Part shown: positions 1 to 10,731 of the stretch, piece by piece
How positions within the stretch are numbered: the first letter of the stretch is position 1
How the letters are laid out: every line of letters starts with the position of its first letter
From: Naegleria gruberi
Taxonomy: Eukaryota
Assembly: GCA_000004985.1 (NCBI GenBank)
Contig: GG738893.1
DNA: 64,000 bases
Strand: one strand, 5' to 3'
Position numbers and translations under genes: made by a program
Notes under the pieces: model-generated
The model's input: only the letters and a program-made list of their open reading frames with translations
Databases searched by the model: none
Told to the model about the DNA's origin: nothing

Positions 1-80
1 AACAAGGAGAGTCTTCAACCTCATCATCATTAGAGGAGGACCACAGCAGCACACAACAAGCACCACCAACCAACGAAGAG

Positions 81-1982
81 ATGACATCTCCCTCACTACA
101 ATCCATCACTTCTAATCTCACAGAAACCAACAACACACCTCAACAACTTGAATCCAATTTGACTATTGACAACAACTCACCTCCACCACAACAAACATCA
201 CGAGAGGAAGAATTGGCAACAGCTTTAGCTCTTGAAGAACAATCAAAACAACAAATTGCTACCACTTCCATTATTGAAAAATCTTCATCACCATCAGCAG
301 TGGAAGGAAAGGATGAAGCAATTTCTGAAAATGATGTGGAAGTTAATATTGTAAAGGTTTCTCCACGTTCTCCAAAATCTCCACGTAGAGAAAATTCACA
401 AAAATTGATTGTTGAACCATCTCCTTCAAATGTTGTTGCTGGTAATGGTGCTGCTGCTGTTAATCAATCGACAACTTCATTGGAATCAACAGTTGGTACA
501 GAGAGTACTCCATCCGAAGCAGCTAGTGATCCACAAAAGAACTTGTCGAATGGTAATCAGAAACATAATGAAACTTACCGAAAGAAATCTTCCAAGTTTC
601 CAACAGCTCCAAAAGCCACACACGAAAATAATATTGGATTTTTCAGGTCGTTAAAGAATTATTTCCTCTCAATGATTTATGCTTCTCAAGCACAAAGACA
701 AGAAACCAAAAATAATCTTACAAAATCTTTAGAATTATTTGAAAAATCACTCAATCATATGAAACAAACTAATAATAATGCAGCAGATGTCAGTTTGTTG
801 CACTACAATATGGGAATAGTATGGGAAAAGATTTATTCCATTAAATTAACTGCCATGCTCAATGCTAGTTTCAGTTTGGACGATCATCAAAATGTTGCCA
901 CCACAAAATCCTTCCTCCTCAGAGATAAAACCACTGAAACATTGACCGGACAGCAGAAAGTTGATCATTTGATTGAAAAGGATGGACCAACAGAAAATAA
1001 TACCAAGGAAAAGAAACAAAAAGTTGATCCTGAGAAATTACTCGAAACTAAACCTTCAATTATTGTAATGGATGGAGAATTGGGAGAATTTACTGGAAGA
1101 AGAACAACTGTTTCAGGAATTAACTACTTGACAAGTGTTACTGCAGAGGAAATTCTCTCACACTTGCAATCTGATTATGAATTGGACATGTTTTTGGAAT
1201 ATGAACAAGCAATGACTGAAAGATTCACTGAAAAGGATGAAATTTCCAATGCTGAGAGAGCCACAATGATCAAGAATATCTTTACTCACTATGCAGAGAG
1301 TTTGAGATTGAATCCAATGCATTTGGAAACCTATTTCCAACTTGCAAACATGTTCCAAAGAGTGGGCTTGTACTATCATGCTATAGCTCTATTTGAAAAA
1401 ACAGTTGAAATTCAAGAAGAATTCTCAGAGGGTTACAATTGTCTTGGTGTTTGTCTATTTAACATGGGTCAATTGGATAAGGCATCCTATTTTTACAATA
1501 AGGCACTCAAATATGATTTGAAAAATCCAATCATTTTTGCCAATTTGGGTGAAGTTTTATACGAAAGAGGAAAATTTGCAGAAGCTCTCAACATGTTTTC
1601 ACGTGCCTTTTATTTGGCTCCATCTCTTGGATCTTTGTATTGTTACTTTGGATTGTATTATTTGGAACAGGAGAAATCAAAGGAAAAGGCCCTTCAAATG
1701 TTTGAAAAGGCAATGGAACTCTCTCCTACTTCAGGAGATGTTCAATTCTACTATGGACGTTTTTGGTTAGAAATTGAAGATTATGATAAGGCCCTAACAC
1801 ATTTTGAAAGAGCAAGTCAATTAGTCCCACCAAATCGTCAAATGTACTATTATACAGGATTGGCATTGACAAAAGTTGGATCCAAGGAAGAAGCCATTTC
1901 AAATTTAAGTAAGTCAGTTGAATTGGCTCCAACATTGGATTTGTATAAGGAAACTTTGGAAAAGGTAAAAGCTGAGGTGTAA
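81..1982 (+). CDS. TPR-repeat protein with N-terminal S/T/Q-rich low-complexity region. The C-terminal approx 230 aa contain at least 6 tetratricopeptide repeats.
   Basis: Long ORF starting at ATG 81. The C-terminus shows periodic 34-aa units with the W/LG/Y–A–F–A–P pattern, for example YNCLGVCLFNMGQLDKASYFYNKALKYD and FANLGEVLYERGKFAEALNMFSRAFYLAP. The N-terminus may extend beyond the window edge. Confidence 0.6.
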   Translation: MTSPSLQSITSNLTETNNTPQQLESNLTIDNNSPPPQQTSREEELATALALEEQSKQQIATTSIIEKSSSPSAVEGKDEAISENDVEVNIVKVSPRSPKSPRRENSQKLIVEPSPSNVVAGNGAAAVNQSTTSLESTVGTESTPSEAASDPQKNLSNGNQKHNETYRKKSSKFPTAPKATHENNIGFFRSLKNYFLSMIYASQAQRQETKNNLTKSLELFEKSLNHMKQTNNNAADVSLLHYNMGIVWEKIYSIKLTAMLNASFSLDDHQNVATTKSFLLRDKTTETLTGQQKVDHLIEKDGPTENNTKEKKQKVDPEKLLETKPSIIVMDGELGEFTGRRTTVSGINYLTSVTAEEILSHLQSDYELDMFLEYEQAMTERFTEKDEISNAERATMIKNIFTHYAESLRLNPMHLETYFQLANMFQRVGLYYHAIALFEKTVEIQEEFSEGYNCLGVCLFNMGQLDKASYFYNKALKYDLKNPIIFANLGEVLYERGKFAEALNMFSRAFYLAPSLGSLYCYFGLYYLEQEKSKEKALQMFEKAMELSPTSGDVQFYYGRFWLEIEDYDKALTHFERASQLVPPNRQMYYYTGLALTKVGSKEEAISNLSKSVELAPTLDLYKETLEKVKAEV

Positions 1983-2094
1983 TAAACAATCAGTTACTTC
2001 AAGACTTTCAATCAAACTATAGTTTACAAAATATTAACAATTAATTATGTAAAAAAAATATTTCAACACCAACACAAATCCATTGATTATTATT

Positions 2095-2487
2095 ATGAGT
2101 AGATACGGATTACGTTTCTTTAGAACTCCAAGCCAAAAGGAAGATCGTGCCCTAACAGTAGAACCATCCAATGAGAGTTTAATCACTGTGAGGAAATTAT
2201 TCATGATTGAGTGCAAGATGGAAATTCTAAATATTTTGCAATTGGCAAGTGATCATGAATCTGTAATGGGAAATTTAAAAGAAGATGAAACTGATTCTGA
2301 TTCTGATAAAAAAATAGTATCAAAATCTTCAGCTGAAGAGAGAATTAAATATTATTCGAATCAGTTGGAGGAATCAAAAAAGATTGTGCAAGATTTGGAC
2401 TTTATTCAATTGGTTGAGAATGAAAATAATTTGGACGCATTGGAAAGATTAAAAATTCGAGTGGTGGATCCAGAGGAAATAAACTAG
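2095..2487 (+). CDS. Small acidic coiled-coil hypothetical protein
   Basis: 130-aa ORF from ATG at 2095; the ORF track begins earlier at a non-ATG start. The sequence is acidic and Ser-rich and then predicted helical. I recognise no family. Confidence 0.25.
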   Translation: MSRYGLRFFRTPSQKEDRALTVEPSNESLITVRKLFMIECKMEILNILQLASDHESVMGNLKEDETDSDSDKKIVSKSSAEERIKYYSNQLEESKKIVQDLDFIQLVENENNLDALERLKIRVVDPEEIN

Positions 2488-2583
2488 TTTCGAATACTAA
2501 ACAAAATATTCGAATACTATTTCATTCTTTATCATTTGTGAAAAGTCAATTTCGATATTTACAAAAAAAAATTACAAAAAAAA

Positions 2584-4341
2584 ATGCAACAACACGATCA
2601 TCACCACAGTGATGACCATAAATTACTCGACTTGCCCTCCGAAATCTTTGAATTACTAGTCAGTTATATTCCTTTTAAGGAATCTTATCATTTCAGAGTT
2701 TCGCATCGATACTTTCTTTCCGCCTTTTTAAATTATTTTCGTAGAACATTTCGGAATTATTTGAATATTTATAATGAACATTTGATTGATAAATTTAAAT
2801 TAGTGGATTTTGATGATGATGATGAATATAGAGAAATGTATCAGGTAGAATTTGAGAGAATTCAGAATGAATTTAATTGTAAAATTCCATTTATTTTGAA
2901 GGAATTATTAATGATGACTAGACATTTCAATGATGAATCGAATGGTGGCACCTATTCCTATTCACAATATCCAGCACATTGGTTCAATCCAATCAAGTCA
3001 TGGAAGAAGGAGGGAAATATTGTAAGAATTAGTAATTGTGTTGGCCTAGTTCCAAATGGAAAGTATAATAATTTATTGCTTTTAATTTCAGAGTTTAGTT
3101 CAGAGGTAGATTTGAATTATTCACTTTTTTATCCAAATTCTTCCTTGTTTAAGATTCAGGGTGATAGTTTTCCAAAGTATTGCAAATTGGATTTTAATAG
3201 AGGTTTTGCTTACTCCACTTCTAATATAACATCCATTCCTCTAGCTCTTTGTGCTCTGAAATATTTCACAACAATTGACCTTTCTCCAAGGAGGATTTCT
3301 CTTTTAATTTCAAGATTTTCTCCAGATTTATTCAGTAATAAGGAATTCCTTTGGAAAGCTGTCAATATTTACTACAAGATTGGAGAGCAAATACCTGAAA
3401 CCCTTCTCAATGATAGAGATTTTTGTCTCAGATTGGTCAGATCACACGGTAAAGCACTAAAGTATTGCACCAAATTTGTGAAAGATAAGGAAATTGTAAC
3501 TCAAGCTCTGAAACAAAATGGATTTGCTATCAAGTATATCAGTTCACAATATCTGAGATACAATCAAGACTTGTTAGAAATTGCTGTCGAAAGCAAACCA
3601 TTCTCTTTGAATTATGTTCAGAATTCGACTCGTAATTTCAAATCAATGGTCATCAAAGCACTCCAAAATATGAAAGAAATGACCACTATACCACTATTCG
3701 TGGATAATGATGAGTTTCTACAAGATAAGGAGATTGTGGAAATAATTTTAATGAAAAATCCTAAACTCATGGAACAAATGCCAAATATTTGGAGGGAATG
3801 TAGACCTCTAGCAAGAAAGATGCTTTCAACTAAATCTTCTATAACTGGCTTTTCTCAAAAAGTAATTGAGGATCCAAGATTTTTCAAAATGGTTGCCGAA
3901 ACTAAACCAACTTTGCTTATAGAAGAGAAAAAAGACACTTCCAAACTTGTGAAAAAAGTAATGAATGCATGGGGCTTACAATTCAACCATAGAGATGATG
4001 AAGAAACCATGACCAAAATTCTAGAACTAGCAAGAAAGAATCCAGATATTTATTCATTCATGTTACAAATGCCTCGTTTTGGTTGTGGGTATTCTGATTC
4101 ATTGCGATTTACATTTCTGAAAGAGGGAGTTTCACATGATCCTCTCATTATTTGTAATAAGCGAGTAAGGAATATTGTAAGCCTGATTGATTTGGAACAA
4201 CAAGAAGAAATTCTCAAAATATTCCTTAATAATAGGGATAACTCAAAAACAATTTCAGTCACCCTTTCATTTGATAAGCAGCTTTTAAAAAAATATGCAT
4301 TGGAGGGATACAAGAAGGGAATTAAATTGTGCAAATATTAA
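2584..4341 (+). CDS. F-box-like protein with DUF4116-like repeats
   Basis: Start at ATG 2584 after an A-run. The N-terminus LLDLPSEIFELLVSYIPFKE is F-box-like. The central and C-terminal regions carry repeated approx 30-aa units (DKEIVTQALKQNGFAIKYIS, NQDLLEIAVESKPFSLNYV, DKEIVEIILMKNPKLMEQM) that resemble DUF4116 repeats. Confidence 0.5.
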   Translation: MQQHDHHHSDDHKLLDLPSEIFELLVSYIPFKESYHFRVSHRYFLSAFLNYFRRTFRNYLNIYNEHLIDKFKLVDFDDDDEYREMYQVEFERIQNEFNCKIPFILKELLMMTRHFNDESNGGTYSYSQYPAHWFNPIKSWKKEGNIVRISNCVGLVPNGKYNNLLLLISEFSSEVDLNYSLFYPNSSLFKIQGDSFPKYCKLDFNRGFAYSTSNITSIPLALCALKYFTTIDLSPRRISLLISRFSPDLFSNKEFLWKAVNIYYKIGEQIPETLLNDRDFCLRLVRSHGKALKYCTKFVKDKEIVTQALKQNGFAIKYISSQYLRYNQDLLEIAVESKPFSLNYVQNSTRNFKSMVIKALQNMKEMTTIPLFVDNDEFLQDKEIVEIILMKNPKLMEQMPNIWRECRPLARKMLSTKSSITGFSQKVIEDPRFFKMVAETKPTLLIEEKKDTSKLVKKVMNAWGLQFNHRDDEETMTKILELARKNPDIYSFMLQMPRFGCGYSDSLRFTFLKEGVSHDPLIICNKRVRNIVSLIDLEQQEEILKIFLNNRDNSKTISVTLSFDKQLLKKYALEGYKKGIKLCKY

Positions 4342-4498
4342 TGTGGACCACTCATATTTATGTTTAAACGATGTATTTTTCAAAGCTAAATGCTATTCGT
4401 ACTCCTTGTGCCATTAAGTATTGTTCAATTATTCACTGTTTCATCAATAACGAATCTATTACAGTAAAGTTTCTTCAACATTTATTGGTATTATATAA

Positions 4499-5254
4499 TT
4501 ACAGAGCTATCTTTAATTGTTCACCATAATGTTTACGAAGACCTCCAATCACATTGTGAAGAATGGTATTTTCCTTCTTACTTGTTGCTGATCCCTGACT
4601 ATTAGATTGACTATTACTGTATGTAACTCCAGCACCTGTCAAATCAATAAATTGCAAATTATCACAAGCTAAATTCAAACTCTTCAAATTTTCACACCAA
4701 TTAAGTTGGAGCCTATTTAGGGCTGGGCAAGAAATAAATGGCTTGCTCAAATATTTACAGTCAATAATTTTGATTTCTTCAATGGTGTTACTTTGAATGA
4801 CAGGATTTGTCAGAGGTTCACATTCGGTCAAGTAAAGTTTTTTAAGAGAACCATACTTTCTATTCTTTACATTTCTGGCAGTATCAAAAATAGAGTCATC
4901 ATCATTATCAGCAGGTTTTCCCTCCAAATCATTTTCCTCTGTTTGTGAATTTGTATTCGAAACGGATTGCAAGTGTGCAACTTCTTCATATAATAAAGAT
5001 TTCAATGTTGCCAAGAGAAGAGTATCACCAAGACCTGTACATTTAAAGCAGATGAGTCTATCCAACTTGGAGCATTGTATAATCTTCAAGCACTTTTCAA
5101 AGGAAGAATCGTAAAATTCGAGAGAGAGTAAATTCTTTAAATATCCAACTTCAAAAGATGTAAATTTGATAGCACTGAATCGAAGCACTTTAAGCTGTTG
5201 AATAGAAGGAATATATTCGGTATCTGATGATTGTGAGAAGGACTCAGAGTTCAT
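4499..5254 (-). CDS. F-box/LRR protein, 3' exon (cysteine-containing leucine-rich repeats)
   Basis: LRR_cc-like repeats: LKKLYLTECEPLTNPVIQSNTIEEIKIIDCKYLSKP, CPALNRLQLNWCENLKSLNLACDNLQFIDLTG. The frame stays open upstream of the first Met, which is consistent with an acceptor site near 5290–5310. Confidence 0.45.
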   Translation of the reverse strand: MNSESFSQSSDTEYIPSIQQLKVLRFSAIKFTSFEVGYLKNLLSLEFYDSSFEKCLKIIQCSKLDRLICFKCTGLGDTLLLATLKSLLYEEVAHLQSVSNTNSQTEENDLEGKPADNDDDSIFDTARNVKNRKYGSLKKLYLTECEPLTNPVIQSNTIEEIKIIDCKYLSKPFISCPALNRLQLNWCENLKSLNLACDNLQFIDLTGAGVTYSNSQSNSQGSATSKKENTILHNVIGGLRKHYGEQLKIAL

Positions 5255-5543
5255 ACTCTTCTTATCCAGTATAATTGGTGAATCGAGAGGACATTCACGA
5301 ATATGAATCTCTGAAAGGTGTGGTGGTAAATTTCTATTTTTTCAAAAAATTAAATATTTTAAAAATCCAATTTTTTTGTAACGAACGTTTTGTTGATGGG
5401 GATATATTATCCAATAAATTAGTTAAATATATGATTAATTATTATTATGTAAGAAGATGAAGTACATGACAAAAGTATTCCACAAATATTTAACATGACA
5501 AGGTTTGATCGTTATTAATATCAAGATGATGAAGAATAACTAC

Positions 5544-5969
5544 TTACTCTACAAGTTTGGAAAGGCAAACATCAGTGAAAAAGTCGAGTCCGTCCAGGGA
5601 GAGAACCTTCAGTGATGGGAATCTATTCACAATATCAATCATGTTTGTCATGTTGTGGTTTTGTTGTTCTTCCTCACTTAAATGTTCAACATCACCAAAA
5701 TTTGTATTTTCACTGTCCAATGTTAAATGTTCAACAGAGTGATGCACAGCATAATGTGTTGCCTTTGAAACAAGTGCAACAGTATGGATCAACTCATCAA
5801 AATCAAGAAATGATAATATATTATAAATTGGATGTGTAAGGTTTGTATCTTGATGAATAATCAATGATGATGATTTATATTTCAAAGAGGAAGGAGAAGC
5901 CAATTCCATAGTACTATCCTCCACAACGGCAGCAGACGACGATTCTTGCATTGGTATTGACTTTAACAA
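5544..5969 (-). CDS. F-box/LRR protein, 5' exon (F-box-like)
   Basis: ILSFLDFDELIHTVALVSKATHYAV is F-box-like. The exon ends at a GTAAGT donor (plus-strand acttac near 5542–5547). It probably joins to the 4499..5254 exon across an approx 250–290 bp intron. Confidence 0.4.
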   Translation of the reverse strand: MLKSIPMQESSSAAVVEDSTMELASPSSLKYKSSSLIIHQDTNLTHPIYNILSFLDFDELIHTVALVSKATHYAVHHSVEHLTLDSENTNFGDVEHLSEEEQQNHNMTNMIDIVNRFPSLKVLSLDGLDFFTDVCLSKLVE

Positions 5970-6537
5970 GGAAACAAAATTATTAAAAATTGGAACATTG
6001 TGATGCGAACGTTTTACCCTCTTACTTCCATTGTTGTTGTTATTAGCTATTCAGATGATGAGCAGTGTTGCTATTTTCTTGTTGTTGATTTGATGCGGAA
6101 TCTTCTTCTGGTGAGGAACGTTTCATTTTTGCTGTTTTTTTTAGAAATTGTAAGCAGAAGAATTTCCAGAGAAAACTGGTTGTTGGTTTGGCGCCAATTT
6201 GAAAGGAATGTTATGCAATAATATTGAAGATTTAAGAAGATGAAAAAAATTACCTTACATTGCATTGTGTGTGTAGGAATGTGTTTTGGGGATGAGGATT
6301 TTTTTAATTAGAGGAGAGGAAATTCAACAAATAATTGGATGTAGATAATAGTATGAATTAGAATTTTTCAAATCCAACTAAATAATTTGTTCCGAAACAA
6401 AATTATCACACTGAAAGGCTTCCGATATTAATAGAATACCAAACACAATTTTCTTCCCGATATCAGTTGGTGTTTATGTCTACTTTCACGTAGAACAAAA
6501 AAAATGAGTGACTCAGAAAAAGGTCGAGGAAGTTATC

Positions 6538-9500
6538 ATGCCGAGAAGATCAACTCGACAACGTACCGTTAAAAAGCTGGATGACGATTATGAATACGAA
6601 GATACAGCAGGAAAGAAGAAAAAAGCAGCTGCTAGTACAACAACACCTAAGAAAAATCAAGCAACAAAAAGAAAGGCTTCAACGGAAGAGGTTGAGGAAG
6701 AAGAGGATGTAAAACCATCATCATCAACAATTTTACTCTCTGCTCCACCGGTGCAACCTCCTAAAGAGAAAAAGACTACGAAAAAACGTAAAACAAAGAA
6801 GGAAAAGGAAGAGGAACAGAGGGAAAGTCTCAAGTTGAGAGAAAAATTGCACAAGGAAATGGAGGAGGCAAAGGAAATGGAAAAACGTAACATGGAGGAA
6901 ATGATTAAAAAAGAGAATGAAAAGAAGAGACTAGAGGAAGAAGCTAAGAAAAAAGAGGAAGATGAAGCTAAAAATTCAACCACCTCTCCATCTCCATCAT
7001 CAACAACTTCATCAACACCTGCATCATCAAAATCATCAAAATCATCAAAAAAGAAGCCTAAGGAAGTTGAACCACAACAACAGGACATGAGTGACGATGA
7101 AGAAGAGGAAGAAGATGAATCTCTTGGATTTTCCGATTTACAAAGAGTGATAAATCTCTCTAATGATGCATTGGAAAAACCAGTACTTATCCATGGTGGA
7201 TTTATAAAGGTACTTAAACCTCATCAATTGGAAGGAATTCGTTTCTGTTGGAAGCACATTTCAAAAGGAAGAGGATGTGTTTTGGCCCACAGTATGGGTC
7301 TAGGAAAGACCTTGCAAATGATTGCTCTCGTGCATACATTAATGATTTCTAGCAATATGAAAACAAGAAATATTTTAATTGTGTGTCCTAAGAGTGTCAT
7401 TTTGAATTGGGATGCAGAATTTAGACAATGGCTTGATAAATGTGTTCATGCTACAGTCTCAATACGTACCATTAAGGATAGGGACAAGAGTTATGAAAGT
7501 AGATTGAAAAAGTTACAAAAATGGAAAAAGAGGGGAGGTATTCTCATTCTCTCCTTTCAAATGTTTCACAGATTCCTTGGTCACTACAGCAAAGATAAAG
7601 ATTATGAAAGTTTAGCCTATCAGAAAAATCAACTCCAACAATACAAAGTTCAAAAAGAAACAAGGAGATCACTGGGAATTTCTACTCTGGATCTTGAAGC
7701 CACAATTAAGGATTTGGTAGAACAAACTGAAAAAACAGAAAAAAAGCTTCGACAGAGAGAAGATTTCGAAGAAGAAGCAAGTGATATTATCATTAATGGT
7801 ACTCAGCTAGTTATAGTTGATGAAGCTCACAGAATGTGTTCCAACACAGATATCTACATCAATCAAGCTCTTAATAGACTCGAAACTCAATTAAGAATTG
7901 CACTTACAGGAACTCCAGTTCAAAACAATTTGATGGAATACTACGCAATGATAAATTGGATTAGAAAGGGATATTGGACAAATGAGGAATTTTTCGGATT
8001 CTTTTCCAAACCAATTCAATCAGGTATGAGAAAGGACTCTGATGATCAGGCTGTAGAAGAAATGAAAAAGAGTTCCTTTTTATTGGTGAAAGAATTGGAA
8101 GAATTTATCCACCGTAGAGATCAATCGGTTTTAAGAGATAGTTTACCTCCAAAACACGAATATGTCATTAGTTTCAGAGTGAATCCATTACAAGCCAAGC
8201 TATACAAGGCCTTTGCTGATGCTCGTCAAAGAGAAGAACGTAAATATGGAGCAGGATCTGCTTCAGGCTCTGGACTTTTTGATCCAAAGTTTTATAGTCA
8301 ACCGTTAACGAGAGAGCAAATTGATAGCTCCTCTAAAACTTTATTTTATCTTTCAGTTTTATTGAACAAGATTACAAACCATCCTGACCTTGTCAGAATG
8401 TACTGTGAAAGAAGAGATTTTACTTATGAAGATGCCATGAAGCACCCTGGAGTTTTCATTACCAGAGAGGAAATGCAAGAAAAGAGATATCAAAACGAAG
8501 AAGATGAGGATGGAATGTATGATGAAGATGAACCAGAAACTCCAAAAGTCAAAAAGAGTGAATCTCCAATCAAAACTGGCTCAGCTAGTTCTATCAAGAA
8601 TGAATCTCTCAAGAGAGAATCATCTTCATCTGGTGTGAAGAGTGAGCCAATTTCATTAGATGACGATGAAGATTTGTTCAGTATGGACTTGTTGGGCTCA
8701 ATATCATCACAACCAAAAACACCTTCTTCTTCAACAACCAAAAAGGAAAGTCCCTTCTCTGAAGACAAGAAATTACAACCTAAGAAAGAGGAACCTAGAT
8801 CCAAAAAATCCTCTGCCAAGTCTAAAAAGGAAGATAATGACACTCCTAAATCTAAGAAGAATAAGATTAAATCCTCCCTTGATGAAGAGGATGAACTGGA
8901 AGAAGATTTTGATAATGTTAACGCTAAGGCCGAAGAGGAATTGGGGCATAATCTCTTTTGGGCAGCACCAGTTCTAGCAAATGACTACAAATTACACAAT
9001 GCTAGGAATAGTCCAAAAATGGAATTCTTGTTGAGAATTATTGAAAAATGTTATCTCAACAATGAAAAGATATTAGTTTTCACTCAATATGTAGAAATGT
9101 TGGATGTTATGGAGGCTGTTTTCAAACATACTCCAATTGTGGTTGGAACCGAGGAAGATGAAGATAATCAAACTGTTCCTATTAGGAAAACTCTTTCTAA
9201 GGGAGATGATTATCTTAGAATGGATGGATCAATTTCAGGCAGAGCCAGACAGGACTTAGTCGATAGTTTTACAGAAGAATCAACAGCTCATGTTTTTATT
9301 ATCAGTACAAAGGCAGGTGGTTTAGGTATCAATTTGATAGCTGCAACACGAGTCGTTATTTTTGATCCGTGTTGGAATGATACTTGGGACAAGCAAGCAT
9401 TGTTTAGAGCATATAGATATGGTCAGAAAAAACCTGTCTATGTGTATAGATTTGTTACTTATGGATCCGCAGAGGAAAAGATTTTCAATCTGAGTACTGC

Positions 9501-10638
9501 CAAAGCTTGGTTGGCAAAACGTATTGTAGACGACAAGACTCCAGATCTCATTATGAAGAAGGGTGATTTGGAAATTTTGAATCAGGCCCTTAGTATTGAG
9601 GAAACCATGACTGATAAGCTTCTTCTCAATCCTAAACAGTATCAGGAAGATCCAATACTAAAAGATTTATTGGGTGTTAATTGGAACTATTCTGAAGAAG
9701 TTATTGATCCACTCAAGCCAGTACACATCACTATTGATGAAGACGAGGAAAAACCAGAGGATAAACAAGCCAAGAAACCAGATACATTCTATCCAGAAGA
9801 GGAGGAAGATCTCTCTGGCGAATTCAATGTCCAACGTAAAATTAAGAGTGTTTTCAGATATGATTCCCTCTTTGTGGAAAATGAGAGTCTTCGTCTTGAA
9901 GAGAGTGAACAAGAACGTAGTATCTCTGAATATGAACAAAGGAGAAAGGATGCACGTGAAAATCCAGGTAAATTACTTGCTGAGATTATGGCAGATGATC
10001 TCTATGATCCTAGCATGCTTATTTCACCTTCTGCACTTGTACCTTCATCGGTGGGAGTTTTACCAAACGTGGATGGTCCATTGACTCCAGCTTTAGAGTC
10101 ATCCAGATTGGGTTTATTGGCCAGATTACAACAATTCATTCAAGCTCAGGATAATAATGCAGATAATGAAAGTAATGCCGATAGAGAGGCAACCACAACA
10201 CTCAATACTATGTGGCAACAAGTTTCTGCTAACGAAGGTGTAATGAAAATGATTAACAAATTGAGGAAGAGAAGACAGAGAATGATTGCAGCCCAAGGAT
10301 TATCTGCATCACAAGCAAACACTCCTCAGAGTATGACTCCTACCACACCAAGTCTGCCACCTTCTTCATTCACATTTGATGCATTGCAACAAAATAATGG
10401 TTATGCATCCTCACCACCACCATTCAGTTTTAACAACCCATCTCAATTTAACTTGATGCCACCACCATCTTCCTCATCAGTTGCTTCATCCTCTCGTGGT
10501 CCAATTTTCTCAATTCCTGTCATTTCAGCAGATGAACCAATTGAAATTTCACCTCTCCCTTCCTCAACAGCAACAAGAAGAACCAATGCAACACCTTTTA
10601 ACAATTCCATTTCTTTAGACTCTGACGATGATGAATAA
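6538..10638 (+). CDS. SNF2/RAD54-family DNA-dependent ATPase (ATRX/ARIP4-like) with a long acidic/basic low-complexity N-terminus and C-terminus
   Basis: Helicase motifs are present: LKPHQLEGIRF, motif I GCVLAHSMGLGKTLQ, DEAH box VIVDEAHRMCS, LTGTPVQNNL, and the helicase-C region ISTKAGGLGINLIAATRVVIFDPCWN plus QALFRAYRYGQKKPVYVYRF. The first ATG is at 6538; the track start at 6508 is GTG. Confidence 0.8.
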   Translation: MPRRSTRQRTVKKLDDDYEYEDTAGKKKKAAASTTTPKKNQATKRKASTEEVEEEEDVKPSSSTILLSAPPVQPPKEKKTTKKRKTKKEKEEEQRESLKLREKLHKEMEEAKEMEKRNMEEMIKKENEKKRLEEEAKKKEEDEAKNSTTSPSPSSTTSSTPASSKSSKSSKKKPKEVEPQQQDMSDDEEEEEDESLGFSDLQRVINLSNDALEKPVLIHGGFIKVLKPHQLEGIRFCWKHISKGRGCVLAHSMGLGKTLQMIALVHTLMISSNMKTRNILIVCPKSVILNWDAEFRQWLDKCVHATVSIRTIKDRDKSYESRLKKLQKWKKRGGILILSFQMFHRFLGHYSKDKDYESLAYQKNQLQQYKVQKETRRSLGISTLDLEATIKDLVEQTEKTEKKLRQREDFEEEASDIIINGTQLVIVDEAHRMCSNTDIYINQALNRLETQLRIALTGTPVQNNLMEYYAMINWIRKGYWTNEEFFGFFSKPIQSGMRKDSDDQAVEEMKKSSFLLVKELEEFIHRRDQSVLRDSLPPKHEYVISFRVNPLQAKLYKAFADARQREERKYGAGSASGSGLFDPKFYSQPLTREQIDSSSKTLFYLSVLLNKITNHPDLVRMYCERRDFTYEDAMKHPGVFITREEMQEKRYQNEEDEDGMYDEDEPETPKVKKSESPIKTGSASSIKNESLKRESSSSGVKSEPISLDDDEDLFSMDLLGSISSQPKTPSSSTTKKESPFSEDKKLQPKKEEPRSKKSSAKSKKEDNDTPKSKKNKIKSSLDEEDELEEDFDNVNAKAEEELGHNLFWAAPVLANDYKLHNARNSPKMEFLLRIIEKCYLNNEKILVFTQYVEMLDVMEAVFKHTPIVVGTEEDEDNQTVPIRKTLSKGDDYLRMDGSISGRARQDLVDSFTEESTAHVFIISTKAGGLGINLIAATRVVIFDPCWNDTWDKQALFRAYRYGQKKPVYVYRFVTYGSAEEKIFNLSTAKAWLAKRIVDDKTPDLIMKKGDLEILNQALSIEETMTDKLLLNPKQYQEDPILKDLLGVNWNYSEEVIDPLKPVHITIDEDEEKPEDKQAKKPDTFYPEEEEDLSGEFNVQRKIKSVFRYDSLFVENESLRLEESEQERSISEYEQRRKDARENPGKLLAEIMADDLYDPSMLISPSALVPSSVGVLPNVDGPLTPALESSRLGLLARLQQFIQAQDNNADNESNADREATTTLNTMWQQVSANEGVMKMINKLRKRRQRMIAAQGLSASQANTPQSMTPTTPSLPPSSFTFDALQQNNGYASSPPPFSFNNPSQFNLMPPPSSSSVASSSRGPIFSIPVISADEPIEISPLPSSTATRRTNATPFNNSISLDSDDDE

Positions 10639-10731
10639 ACATTTACAATACCAACCTTGAACAACGAACCCTTTCCCACTTCCAAAAACAGATTCTAGCT
10701 GCAACCAGCAGTCACCAATCAGTAAAAAAAA

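Noticed and set aside
6657-7088. 143-aa antisense ORF within the SNF2 gene, and similar antisense ORFs such as 8490..8843, 9667..9939 and 13701..14111
   Set aside because: They sit inside long, well-supported sense-strand genes in purine-rich or low-complexity stretches that avoid stop codons by chance. They have no domain signal.
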